DNA of 64,000 nt, from the NCBI GenBank assembly GCA_964393485.1, contig CAYMTW010000003.1, positions 13,773-77,772 on the forward strand, given 5' to 3'. This document shows positions 52,975 through 61,681 of this stretch, in pieces. The position numbers and the translations under genes are program-made. The notes under the pieces are model-generated. The model did not search any database and was not told the DNA's origin. It saw only the letters and a list, made by a program, of their open reading frames with translations. The stretch is from an uncultured Melioribacter sp. (GTDB taxonomy: Bacteria > Bacteroidota > Ignavibacteria > Kapaibacteriales > Kapaibacteriaceae). The stretch's first letter is position 1. Each line of letters begins with the position of its first letter.

Positions 52975-53616
52975 ATGAGATCGAATATTCTACTTGCAGT
53001 TGCGCTTCTTTGCGTGACCTCGTCTGCTCTAGCAGTCGAAATCAGTGTCGGACCGGCTCTCGGCGTCAAAGGGTCTGTGAACACCGTTAATCCGGGTACC
53101 GGGCTCAAGACGGGCTTCGCTTTTAATTCGATGCCGGACCTTGGGGTGACTTCGCGCTTGATGTTCTCCAAGGACATGAACATCGGTCTTTTGCTTGATA
53201 TAGAGTCGACAGGATACGGATACATTATGCGTCCGGAGAACGAGGACTTCGCTACCGATGCCAACACCTACATCTCCCGCCATAGCTATATCAACATCGC
53301 TCCGTCGTTCTACCTCGGGGGCCTTACACTGGGCCTGGGGATCTTGTTGCCAACGGGTCTGACCAATAAGTCTGTAGATGGTCAGGATGAACTCTATCTG
53401 AGCGGTACTCAAGCATCCCCTGTCCTCGAAGCACGCCTTGGAGCGATGATTCCGCTGGTCCGGAGCTTTTCCGGAGATCTGAATCTGATCATCCGCGGAA
53501 CCTACATGCTGGGCGGACACTTTACACAGGATGTGCGTTACGTAATCAATTCCAGCAACCCTCAAAGTGCCGGTCTATCGCTCGGATTGAACTACTTGTT
53601 CACCGTTGTGAGGTAA
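52975..53616 (+). CDS. Small outer-membrane beta-barrel protein
   Basis: Signal peptide MRSNILLAVALLCVTSSALA, then ~190 aa of alternating-polarity strands. A clean terminator follows. Confidence 0.45.
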   Translation: MRSNILLAVALLCVTSSALAVEISVGPALGVKGSVNTVNPGTGLKTGFAFNSMPDLGVTSRLMFSKDMNIGLLLDIESTGYGYIMRPENEDFATDANTYISRHSYINIAPSFYLGGLTLGLGILLPTGLTNKSVDGQDELYLSGTQASPVLEARLGAMIPLVRSFSGDLNLIIRGTYMLGGHFTQDVRYVINSSNPQSAGLSLGLNYLFTVVR

Positions 53617-53648
53617 TACTTCACGAACGTCATTGATGTCGTTTATAT

Positions 53649-53676
53649 AGCGCTCCCTCAGGAGCGCTTTTTGTTT
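53649..53676 (+). terminator. Rho-independent terminator
   Basis: AGCGCTCC ctca GGAGCGCT followed by TTTTGTTT, 33 nt after the stop of 52975..53616. Confidence 0.8.
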
Positions 53677-53782
53677 CTACCTGAAGCATCAATGCCACGG
53701 CATTGTCTCGACATTTAGTGTTGTACACTACTAAAGACCCCGCAACCGCGTCCCAACGGGCCCATTTCCGGAGTCATCGAGA

Positions 53783-54454
53783 ATGCTATCCATCATTGCG
53801 GCAATGATCCTTGTGAGCTACGGGGAGATACCCTTGGCGGCAGATGTCACAATCTCTGCTAGCACATGGCTTGACGCTTCGCGCTTCCGACCCGACCCAC
53901 CGCTGGATCGGGATCACATTCTGTTGCATCTGAATGACCTTCGTGGGCGACCACGAGTCTGGCGGAGCTTTGTTGATTCGGTCATTCTGCTGTGGGAGGA
54001 TGGACAGCCGCCCCGGATGCTTCAGCATCTCCTTGGAACAGAAGGGTATTCATTATTGGCGGAGGTTCGCAGATATCTGGATACCGTTACACCAGCACCA
54101 CCTCTTCGGCACCGGGACTGTCTTGAACAGGTTGCGGCAAACCACGCAATGGATGTTGCCAAGTACCCGAATGGGCATCCACACAGAGGTTCAAACGGCG
54201 CAACACTAACGCAGCGCGTAACGTCAAAATGTAGGGACCTACAGTCATTCGGAGAGTGTGTCGATCATCTGAGTTCGTGCGCATCAACAATAGTGCTACG
54301 CCTGCTCTTCGATCCCGACGTGCCGGGCCGCGGACATCGGGCAACACTGCTTGATCCCAACTACCGAGTTGTTGGCATTGGGGGAGCCCCCTGCCAAAAC
54401 CATCCTATCCTCGGAAGCGGCTACGTCGTTGTCCTCACGTTTGCCAACCAATGA
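53783..54454 (+). CDS. Secreted CAP/SCP/PR-1-like domain protein
   Basis: Hydrophobic N-terminus. The C-terminal half (AANHAMDVAKY..HRGSNG..GECV..GRGHRATLLDPNYRVVGIGG) resembles the CAP domain. Confidence 0.45.
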   Translation: MLSIIAAMILVSYGEIPLAADVTISASTWLDASRFRPDPPLDRDHILLHLNDLRGRPRVWRSFVDSVILLWEDGQPPRMLQHLLGTEGYSLLAEVRRYLDTVTPAPPLRHRDCLEQVAANHAMDVAKYPNGHPHRGSNGATLTQRVTSKCRDLQSFGECVDHLSSCASTIVLRLLFDPDVPGRGHRATLLDPNYRVVGIGGAPCQNHPILGSGYVVVLTFANQ

Positions 54455-54463
54455 AGATGAGGA

Positions 54464-56617
54464 CTATCGAACTTTGGCTGTCGCACTAAGCACAGACTCT
54501 GCACCCGACGTGCAAACGACCTTGATCGCATAGACGTCGTCTCTGCGTCCGCCAGAAACATCGATGTACTCACGACGAGATGCATCCTTGACAAGAGCAT
54601 AGGCCTGCAAACCTGAGGCAGTTCGCTTATAGACCACGAAGCTGTGCGGCTCATCAAGAGTTTCATACGACCAGCGCAGAGTGACGTTCTTTGATGTAGA
54701 ATCATAGGATGCCGACAAGGCGCGGACGGTCGGACGCATCATGTTGTCGACGCGCGTGATACTGACGATGTTCGAAAGGGGCGACTTGTTACCTGCACTA
54801 TCGTAGGCAATAACAGCGTACTGGTATGTGCGTGCGCGTGACGGCGAACGGTCCGTGAAAACACTGTCACGCCGACCAGCCCGGCTGAGAGAATCCCATG
54901 CGATGCGATCCGGATTAGCTGCATCAAGAAGACGTCGAAGCACAACGTGGTTGCGGACATCCCGACTTGAACTTGGAACGATATCGAGGTCGATCGTTGA
55001 ATCCGACACAGAGTAATCACGGATCACTGGTGCAACCGGCGGAATAATGTCCGGACGCGGCACAACGAGTGTATTGCTCACTGACGACTCGTTGTAGTGA
55101 TAGTCCAGAGCAACAACCTGGTAGTATGCATTCTTCGTTAACGTCCGCACCGTTAGCGTGTCAATAATGATCGTGTCATTACGGCTGAACATGGAGTCTT
55201 CATTGAACAGGTCGCGTCGGACCGTGAACTCATGAGAGGGATCATTCGCATGCAGCAGGCGGTATCCCATTAGATCGCGATCAGCTGGATGTTGTACGAC
55301 GATACGCACTACGCCGTTGGTATCCATTGTTCCCTTGACGAGCACACCCGGACTTGGGGGTACACTATCAGCAAAGGCCACATAGGCAGGAAATGACCGT
55401 ACAAGATTGCGTGCCGTATCAACGGCCACGACCTGATAGTAGTAAGTTCCACCAAGAATCACATTCTTGTCTCGATACTCCCGAACCCCCTTATCAAGGG
55501 GCTTATCAACGATTGGGCGATCGAATGTTCCATCAACAGCTGTGTCGCGCATGATCAGAAAGCCAAACAGGTCAGAGCTAACGGGCTCGGTCATCTCCCA
55601 CGTGATCACAACATCACGTATGCCTTCGTGCAGAGCTTTAACGGCTATAGGCATTGCAGGGGGCGTAAGGTCACGCGGCATAGCCTTAAGAATGCCGATC
55701 ACATCTGTTTCGGCAAAGGAGTTGTTGCCCACGATCTTGTAGAAGTAGGTCGTGTAGTTTGTCAGATTCGAGTCGAGATAACTACTTGTGGCGGGAGCAA
55801 CGCCATTTCGTAGAGTGAGCATCGGAGACGCTGTGAGCTTTTCATACGACAGGCCATCAACTGATCGATAGACATCATACGTTGAGTGTCCAGTTGAGTT
55901 GTTCCACTTTATAAGTGCAGACCGATCCAATTCGTCAACCGATAGACCAGCATTTTCCATCGATACAACCTTCGGCTCTGGTCCAACATCCACAGTCCCT
56001 GATTCTACGATATATGGCTTCGTGTCACCCAACAGGGTAACGCGATACCGGTAGGCCACGCCCGCACGAGCAGTCTTGTCGACAAAGCGCATGCCAAGCC
56101 CCGTAGCAGCATCAACATTGCGTTCAGCGGCCAGCATGGCCATGCTATAGGTCATTTCAAACTTGCTGCGAGCTTCACGTAGAGCATCAAGTTGACCCGG
56201 GTCGTTGGTCGGATAATCTGCTGGGTCCATTGACGGATCAGACAGCAGTGCTGCAACAACGATCGGACCCATCACGTTCATGTCTTCACTCTTGAGTGCA
56301 GCAGCGTACTGGTCCCACTGCGCTGGCGTCCATGGCGTAACAGGGGCATCGACAAGAGCTGCAAATGCACCAGCCTGCGAGCCGCGAAGCTCGGCGCGTT
56401 CGATTCGATAGCCAGACGTCTTGGATTTCACCCACAGTGCCGATGTACTGGGTGCCCAGCGAATGACAACTGAGTCGGCATATCGCTTTGCGATAGCACC
56501 GACACGGTGCTCAAGCGCACGATCGAGTTCTTTTGTCGTTTGTCCGAAGCTCGTGACATGGACGATGCTCAATGCGATCGCGAACGTCAGGAACGACTTC
56601 ATCGTGGTGGTCTTCAT
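54464..56617 (-). CDS. 717-aa secreted protein with six FN3-like modules
   Basis: Start at M19 (MKTTTMKSFLTFAIALSIVHVTSFGQ); the ORF is open to 56671. The six modules end YRYRVTLLG, YFYKIVGNN, YYYQVVAVDTARN, YYQVVALDYHYNES, YQYAVIAYDSAGNKS, VYAIKVVCTSGAES. Confidence 0.7.
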   Translation of the reverse strand: MKTTTMKSFLTFAIALSIVHVTSFGQTTKELDRALEHRVGAIAKRYADSVVIRWAPSTSALWVKSKTSGYRIERAELRGSQAGAFAALVDAPVTPWTPAQWDQYAAALKSEDMNVMGPIVVAALLSDPSMDPADYPTNDPGQLDALREARSKFEMTYSMAMLAAERNVDAATGLGMRFVDKTARAGVAYRYRVTLLGDTKPYIVESGTVDVGPEPKVVSMENAGLSVDELDRSALIKWNNSTGHSTYDVYRSVDGLSYEKLTASPMLTLRNGVAPATSSYLDSNLTNYTTYFYKIVGNNSFAETDVIGILKAMPRDLTPPAMPIAVKALHEGIRDVVITWEMTEPVSSDLFGFLIMRDTAVDGTFDRPIVDKPLDKGVREYRDKNVILGGTYYYQVVAVDTARNLVRSFPAYVAFADSVPPSPGVLVKGTMDTNGVVRIVVQHPADRDLMGYRLLHANDPSHEFTVRRDLFNEDSMFSRNDTIIIDTLTVRTLTKNAYYQVVALDYHYNESSVSNTLVVPRPDIIPPVAPVIRDYSVSDSTIDLDIVPSSSRDVRNHVVLRRLLDAANPDRIAWDSLSRAGRRDSVFTDRSPSRARTYQYAVIAYDSAGNKSPLSNIVSITRVDNMMRPTVRALSASYDSTSKNVTLRWSYETLDEPHSFVVYKRTASGLQAYALVKDASRREYIDVSGGRRDDVYAIKVVCTSGAESVLSATAKVR

Positions 56618-56642
56618 CTTGATGGTCCTTCGATCGTTGTGA

Positions 56643-59600
56643 TCACTTGTTGGTTTTAACGTTCTTGCCATTATTCAGCACAGCCGTGATGTCGATTGGC
56701 GTTGAGAAATTCTGCACCACCGTTTGCTTTACATCCTGATTCGTAGCCCGATCCTTTGCCACGATCCAGTTCCCGCTCACGAGCTCCCAGAGTGTTCCAA
56801 CGACTGTCACGCGATAGATCTTTGATAGATCCCAGTCGGCCGTCGATGAAATGAAGTTCTCGGTCCCGCTGTTGTCAAAGCTGAAGTTGTCACTCTCGCT
56901 CGGTGCCGGTGCCGGCTTCTCGGGGTCAAGGACAAATGTGCCTTTAGGCTTACTTGGAGTTGCAACTCCCACCGTTGGCGAACTTGGCGGAGGCGTCGGC
57001 GGCTGCACCACAACGGCCGTGTACTGTATGCCTCCGATGGTGATGCCGGATGGGGAGGGAGCTGGAGTCGTACCCTTGCCCGTCGAATACGCGGCACCTG
57101 TGGTGCCTGCCCCCTTCACCGTTGACGCAGGAGTTGTTGTGGACGTGATAACGATAGACTTCTTCTTGCGGAAAAGATTAGCACCGAGAGCATCCTTTGT
57201 CGATTGCAGTGTCAGCGACTTCCAGGTTGCACCATCCTTCTCTTCAATGCCAACCGTGTAGGTCACTTGGAACGTTCTGTTCACCGTGTTGCCCGACGCA
57301 CCACCTGTCATCTCCTGAAGTTCAAAGCTCTGACCTGGTGCGAAGTTGTAGATGACCGATACCGGTTCTTTCACCGAGACATTGTTGGCGGGGGCCGTTG
57401 GCGAGATGGACTTGATCAGCTGATTCTTTTGCTCTGCGGCAACATCTTGAACTGCCGTTGTGGTTGCAGCCGGCGCGGCCGGATAGCATGTTGACCCCAT
57501 GTTAAAGTCGACATCAAAACTACCCTCGATCGCACCACTCAGGAAGCTGAACGATCCGGCTGCCTGACCCTGGACCCATGACGGATTCGGGAAGCCAGCC
57601 TGTGCCCATGCTCCGGCCTTCAGGCTAGCCAGGTTCCAATAGCAGCCATCCTTGCACGGCCAACTACCCTCCGTCACTTGGATGCCGCACGAAGCGATCG
57701 CCCAAGCTGCCGCATTGGCACGGAAATACCACATGTTGTAACCGTTCTGACCGCACAGCGTGCCATCGGGATACCGCAGGAATGAAGCATTGAACTCCAT
57801 ACCACCACCAAAACGCCACTTTACCTTCACCCTACCGAACAGGCTCTTGAGACGGTCACCCGTATCAAAGCCCATGTCAGTGCCACCAGCAAATCCGTTG
57901 CCGGCGATTGCATCGGACGTCGCAGAAACACTTGGAGACATTCCATAGCAACCGACCGCGGCCAGACCATTATTTGTGCGCGTCGTAAAGCCAGACGGCG
58001 GGGCAATATTCTTGCCGAACATGAAGTATGAGTTCGCGCTGATGTTCGTGCCAAAGACATTGACATTTACAACGTTTCGATACACGGGATCACCAAGCTT
58101 TACCCACCATATTCCGGTCTTGCCTTCTATGTGGATGTTCAGATTGGCATTGCCTGTAACGGGAGCCTTGTTGACAATGACACCGGCATTGAGATCAAAG
58201 ATCTTGGTCGTGAAGTCGTACACGATATTGAGTGTACCCTTGACTGGCGCGTTAGCGCGCTCTGTGAGTTTGGCCTGGAGCCACAGATCTCCCGAGAGTC
58301 CGATGTAGCTCATGCCCCCTGATGAATTGAACTGACCGAATAGAGCGACATCGCCGTTCATTTTCTTTGAGTCCGGCGTTGTCCCAAGAATAGCCAACGC
58401 CCTGAATCCAAAAGCCACGTTCCGGTCGGGCGTCATCACTGCTCCGCTATTGGCCGAAGAGGAGGTTGAACCCGCTGCTGCGACAGCATTGATGTTCGGC
58501 TGAGCCGGCAGCATGTTCACGTTCACCTTTCTCCACGCAGCTACGCCGAAGCCATAGAACGCATATCCTGGTAGGAACACAATTCCAGGAGGGGGCAGAA
58601 TGGCCTTTGCACTGACATACCAGTAGCGGTACCGTACGTTGTTATCCACTTTCGAACCGAACCGGGCAGCGGCATCAAGCTGCATCTGCAGCTCCTTGAA
58701 CTTCGCCGTGATCGTGGCATAGAATCCATTACCATAGGTCGGGTCTGAATTATAGAAATTCAGTTCACCATTCATCTGTACGGCCGGCAGATTCGCAAAC
58801 ACAACGATCTTGCCTACGTTGAAATCGACGAACTTCGGCTTGAATGAGAAGTTTGATGTCGGGTTGGTCTTCTCAACTGCTCCGATAACTTCAAAAGAGC
58901 CCCTTCCACCGATACGATTGGAATCGAGGGCAACGACAACATCAAATCCAAGCTTCCCACGGAAGAGCTCATTGCCCTGCGGCGTAGCTTGATCGAACTT
59001 TACCTTATCGATCGTTATCGGGAACTTGGCCAGCTTCTTCTGCGGGCTGGCAAAGCTCCAATCACCGGCCTCGTATCCGAATGGTTTCTGGAGCGAGTCA
59101 TCATAGAACATCCGCATGTTCTCAAACTCTGGAGACAAGTCGAGAGTGATTGTCTTTGACCCAATGGTGAGTGTTGCATCGTTCCATCCTGCTTCGCCAT
59201 TGAGGTTTATCAGGAACTGTTTCCGGCCCTTCTTCAGGGTCATGGTGAGCGTCGATGTAGGGGCGATCGTCAGCTTCGCATTGCCGAAGAGCTTCATCTC
59301 AATCTCGTTTTGAGGCTGCATCGAGAAATTGAAGGTCTTTTCGGTATGATTGAACAATGCCTTATACCAGATGGCATTTTGGGGGGTTGAATCCGATACC
59401 GGCAGCAATAGTCGGCCGCGTATGTATGCCTGCGTGAGGGTGTTGTTCAACATATCAACTCGAACCGTGTCGACACTTCCTCCAAGTCGATTCAGATTCA
59501 TCTTCGGGAACATCACAACATTTGCGGCAATAAGCTTGCCCGTAAAACCGTTCTTGTTGATGATCAGGTCTTGCGCGATGAATTGCGGTGCTGCGTTCGA

Positions 59601-61679
59601 ATCAGCAAATGTTCGCCATCCGTCGGGCATGAACATTTTGATCTGCTTGGCATAGAAGCCATTGAACGTGGCATCCTGGATTCCCACGTAATTCGCGGGG
59701 AAGGTCATCCCGGGGGCATTCTCCAGATCACTGAAATCAAAGGTCATCGTGTCGATCTGCAGACCCATGCCATTGGTTCCGGCAAACGTGCTCGGCGTCA
59801 GATTGCCGAGTAGCATCCACTCCTTCCAGTCGATCGTCTTGCCACGGAGTGTTGCGATCGACTGTTTCGTGGTATCAATATCCGGACGTGGGGTCATCCA
59901 TGCACGGGGGAACATGATGTCGATATCGAGCGACATCGTATCGGAGTTATTGTCGCAGCCCCATGTTACATAGCAACCCGGACGGGTAGCCGTCTTCGCC
60001 TTGGCAGCTATCGTAAACGTTGGCTGACCGGATGTTACTCCTCGTACGTCGATGTCCTGAAGCAATTCCAGACGTCCGGATTTACCCACACCCTGAGGAC
60101 AGATCGGTAGTTGCTTCAGACCGAAACTCAAGGTGTCGTCCAGCTTGGCAAGGGGGAGCGTTGCTACCGAAGCCATGACGGCCTCGGTTGGCATAAACTT
60201 CATCTCCGAGATACAGATCGTGTAACCCTTGAGATTGTTGAAGCCAAGGGGCAGTTTGAGCGGCGTATTGAGGCTGTTGACCTGCTTGACGAGGGCACCG
60301 TTGGCTTTAACCCATTGATCAACGGCGGCAACGGTGTTCTTAACCCAATTCCAGCTTGTAACCTGGTTTATGGCCCATTGCTGCGGATATGGCGGTGCGG
60401 ATGGATCTACTTCACCGCTCACCTGACCAGATACCACCCGACGGGCACTGTTCACGACAACTTCGTCGAACACGACTTGAACTCGCGCGAGAAGCCATGG
60501 AATAACGATCTCGCCCTTCCCCGATGCACTTGCCGACGACGCATTTGTAATGGCCGTTACCTTCATCATGAACTTGCCGACAGCAAGGGAATCGTTAACG
60601 GCCACTGGCTGCGTACCTGCGATCGTATCTGTTAGAACAACGGCTGCTCCACACGTTCCGCAAGGCAGTCCGGGAGGATTAGGATCCACCGTTGTTTCGA
60701 CCTCTTGATTTCCAGCACCAGTAGATTTTGTCTTGTTCCCCGACCCCGAGTCTTCACCACCGCCGGACTTCTTTGCCAGGGTCGTATCGCCACCCGTTGA
60801 TGTCGTACCCTCGTCAGTGGTCTTTGTCTTCTGTTGCGTAGCTATGAAGGTGAACGGTGTTGCGTAACCGTCGGGTTCTCCAACGGGACTACCCCGTTCG
60901 TCGGTTGCTCGTACCGACCAGATGTATTGCTGTCCTGGGCGAGGGAGCTCGTAGTCTGGGGGCCACAGGAGCTGTGATGCGGTCACATTCTGCTGGTCTA
61001 GTATAGGCTTGTTCACACGAAACGCGTTGATCGGCGTCTGGCCCTTGAGAACTTCGAACACTTGAACGCGGTACGAGACCGGGAAGTCCGGTCGTGGCGC
61101 AACAGGCGTCCAGCGGAGCATCGGGCGGTTCAGTGCTGAGATCTCACCCTTGTCGATCGGGAGTAGGAGTATTGGTGCCTGATAGCTCTTCATGGTGAAT
61201 GTTCGGCATACGGGCTCCGAAATAACGGCATTGGTCGTTGGATGAAGAAGTCCAACGCAGAACTCGTAAAAGCCTGCCGGCAGCATTCCAGTTCGAACAG
61301 CGGTCTGGTCCGCACCACCGGCAACACTCATTGATTCGAGTGGAATGAGGTCTTCACCGAAGAACTGGCTTATTCCCACGGGAATCGTGAGCACGGCCAT
61401 TTTCTCCGGCTTGGTCTTAGCCAGATAGGACCCATCTTTGTTCACTCGACAGTCAAACTTCGCCTGAACTTCAGAGCCGGTTGAATTCGTAATCGTAACA
61501 ACAACCGCATCCTTTCGCTGCGCCCAGTTGGACAGGTAAGGCTCTGGACGCGAACTGATGTTGACACTTACCCGAAGCTGCGCGTGTGCCGTCATGAGCC
61601 CCAACAGGAGAAGCACGATGGAGGCGGAAAGGTGGCGTGACAAAGTTCTCATGGGATTGTTCCTGTAGTTCGCGGTCAT
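56643..61679 (-). CDS. 1678-aa secreted giant protein, family unknown, no T9SS CTD
   Basis: Signal peptide (..IVLLLLGLMTAHA|Q; alternative start M10 at 61652). Two N-terminal beta-sandwich modules. A T/G/S/K linker (aa ~281-335). A ~1150-aa beta-rich core. A P/T linker (aa ~1514-1596). A ~80-aa C-terminal domain ending VLNNGKNVKTNK. Confidence 0.75.
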   Translation of the reverse strand: MTANYRNNPMRTLSRHLSASIVLLLLGLMTAHAQLRVSVNISSRPEPYLSNWAQRKDAVVVTITNSTGSEVQAKFDCRVNKDGSYLAKTKPEKMAVLTIPVGISQFFGEDLIPLESMSVAGGADQTAVRTGMLPAGFYEFCVGLLHPTTNAVISEPVCRTFTMKSYQAPILLLPIDKGEISALNRPMLRWTPVAPRPDFPVSYRVQVFEVLKGQTPINAFRVNKPILDQQNVTASQLLWPPDYELPRPGQQYIWSVRATDERGSPVGEPDGYATPFTFIATQQKTKTTDEGTTSTGGDTTLAKKSGGGEDSGSGNKTKSTGAGNQEVETTVDPNPPGLPCGTCGAAVVLTDTIAGTQPVAVNDSLAVGKFMMKVTAITNASSASASGKGEIVIPWLLARVQVVFDEVVVNSARRVVSGQVSGEVDPSAPPYPQQWAINQVTSWNWVKNTVAAVDQWVKANGALVKQVNSLNTPLKLPLGFNNLKGYTICISEMKFMPTEAVMASVATLPLAKLDDTLSFGLKQLPICPQGVGKSGRLELLQDIDVRGVTSGQPTFTIAAKAKTATRPGCYVTWGCDNNSDTMSLDIDIMFPRAWMTPRPDIDTTKQSIATLRGKTIDWKEWMLLGNLTPSTFAGTNGMGLQIDTMTFDFSDLENAPGMTFPANYVGIQDATFNGFYAKQIKMFMPDGWRTFADSNAAPQFIAQDLIINKNGFTGKLIAANVVMFPKMNLNRLGGSVDTVRVDMLNNTLTQAYIRGRLLLPVSDSTPQNAIWYKALFNHTEKTFNFSMQPQNEIEMKLFGNAKLTIAPTSTLTMTLKKGRKQFLINLNGEAGWNDATLTIGSKTITLDLSPEFENMRMFYDDSLQKPFGYEAGDWSFASPQKKLAKFPITIDKVKFDQATPQGNELFRGKLGFDVVVALDSNRIGGRGSFEVIGAVEKTNPTSNFSFKPKFVDFNVGKIVVFANLPAVQMNGELNFYNSDPTYGNGFYATITAKFKELQMQLDAAARFGSKVDNNVRYRYWYVSAKAILPPPGIVFLPGYAFYGFGVAAWRKVNVNMLPAQPNINAVAAAGSTSSSANSGAVMTPDRNVAFGFRALAILGTTPDSKKMNGDVALFGQFNSSGGMSYIGLSGDLWLQAKLTERANAPVKGTLNIVYDFTTKIFDLNAGVIVNKAPVTGNANLNIHIEGKTGIWWVKLGDPVYRNVVNVNVFGTNISANSYFMFGKNIAPPSGFTTRTNNGLAAVGCYGMSPSVSATSDAIAGNGFAGGTDMGFDTGDRLKSLFGRVKVKWRFGGGMEFNASFLRYPDGTLCGQNGYNMWYFRANAAAWAIASCGIQVTEGSWPCKDGCYWNLASLKAGAWAQAGFPNPSWVQGQAAGSFSFLSGAIEGSFDVDFNMGSTCYPAAPAATTTAVQDVAAEQKNQLIKSISPTAPANNVSVKEPVSVIYNFAPGQSFELQEMTGGASGNTVNRTFQVTYTVGIEEKDGATWKSLTLQSTKDALGANLFRKKKSIVITSTTTPASTVKGAGTTGAAYSTGKGTTPAPSPSGITIGGIQYTAVVVQPPTPPPSSPTVGVATPSKPKGTFVLDPEKPAPAPSESDNFSFDNSGTENFISSTADWDLSKIYRVTVVGTLWELVSGNWIVAKDRATNQDVKQTVVQNFSTPIDITAVLNNGKNVKTNK

Positions 61680-61681
61680 GT

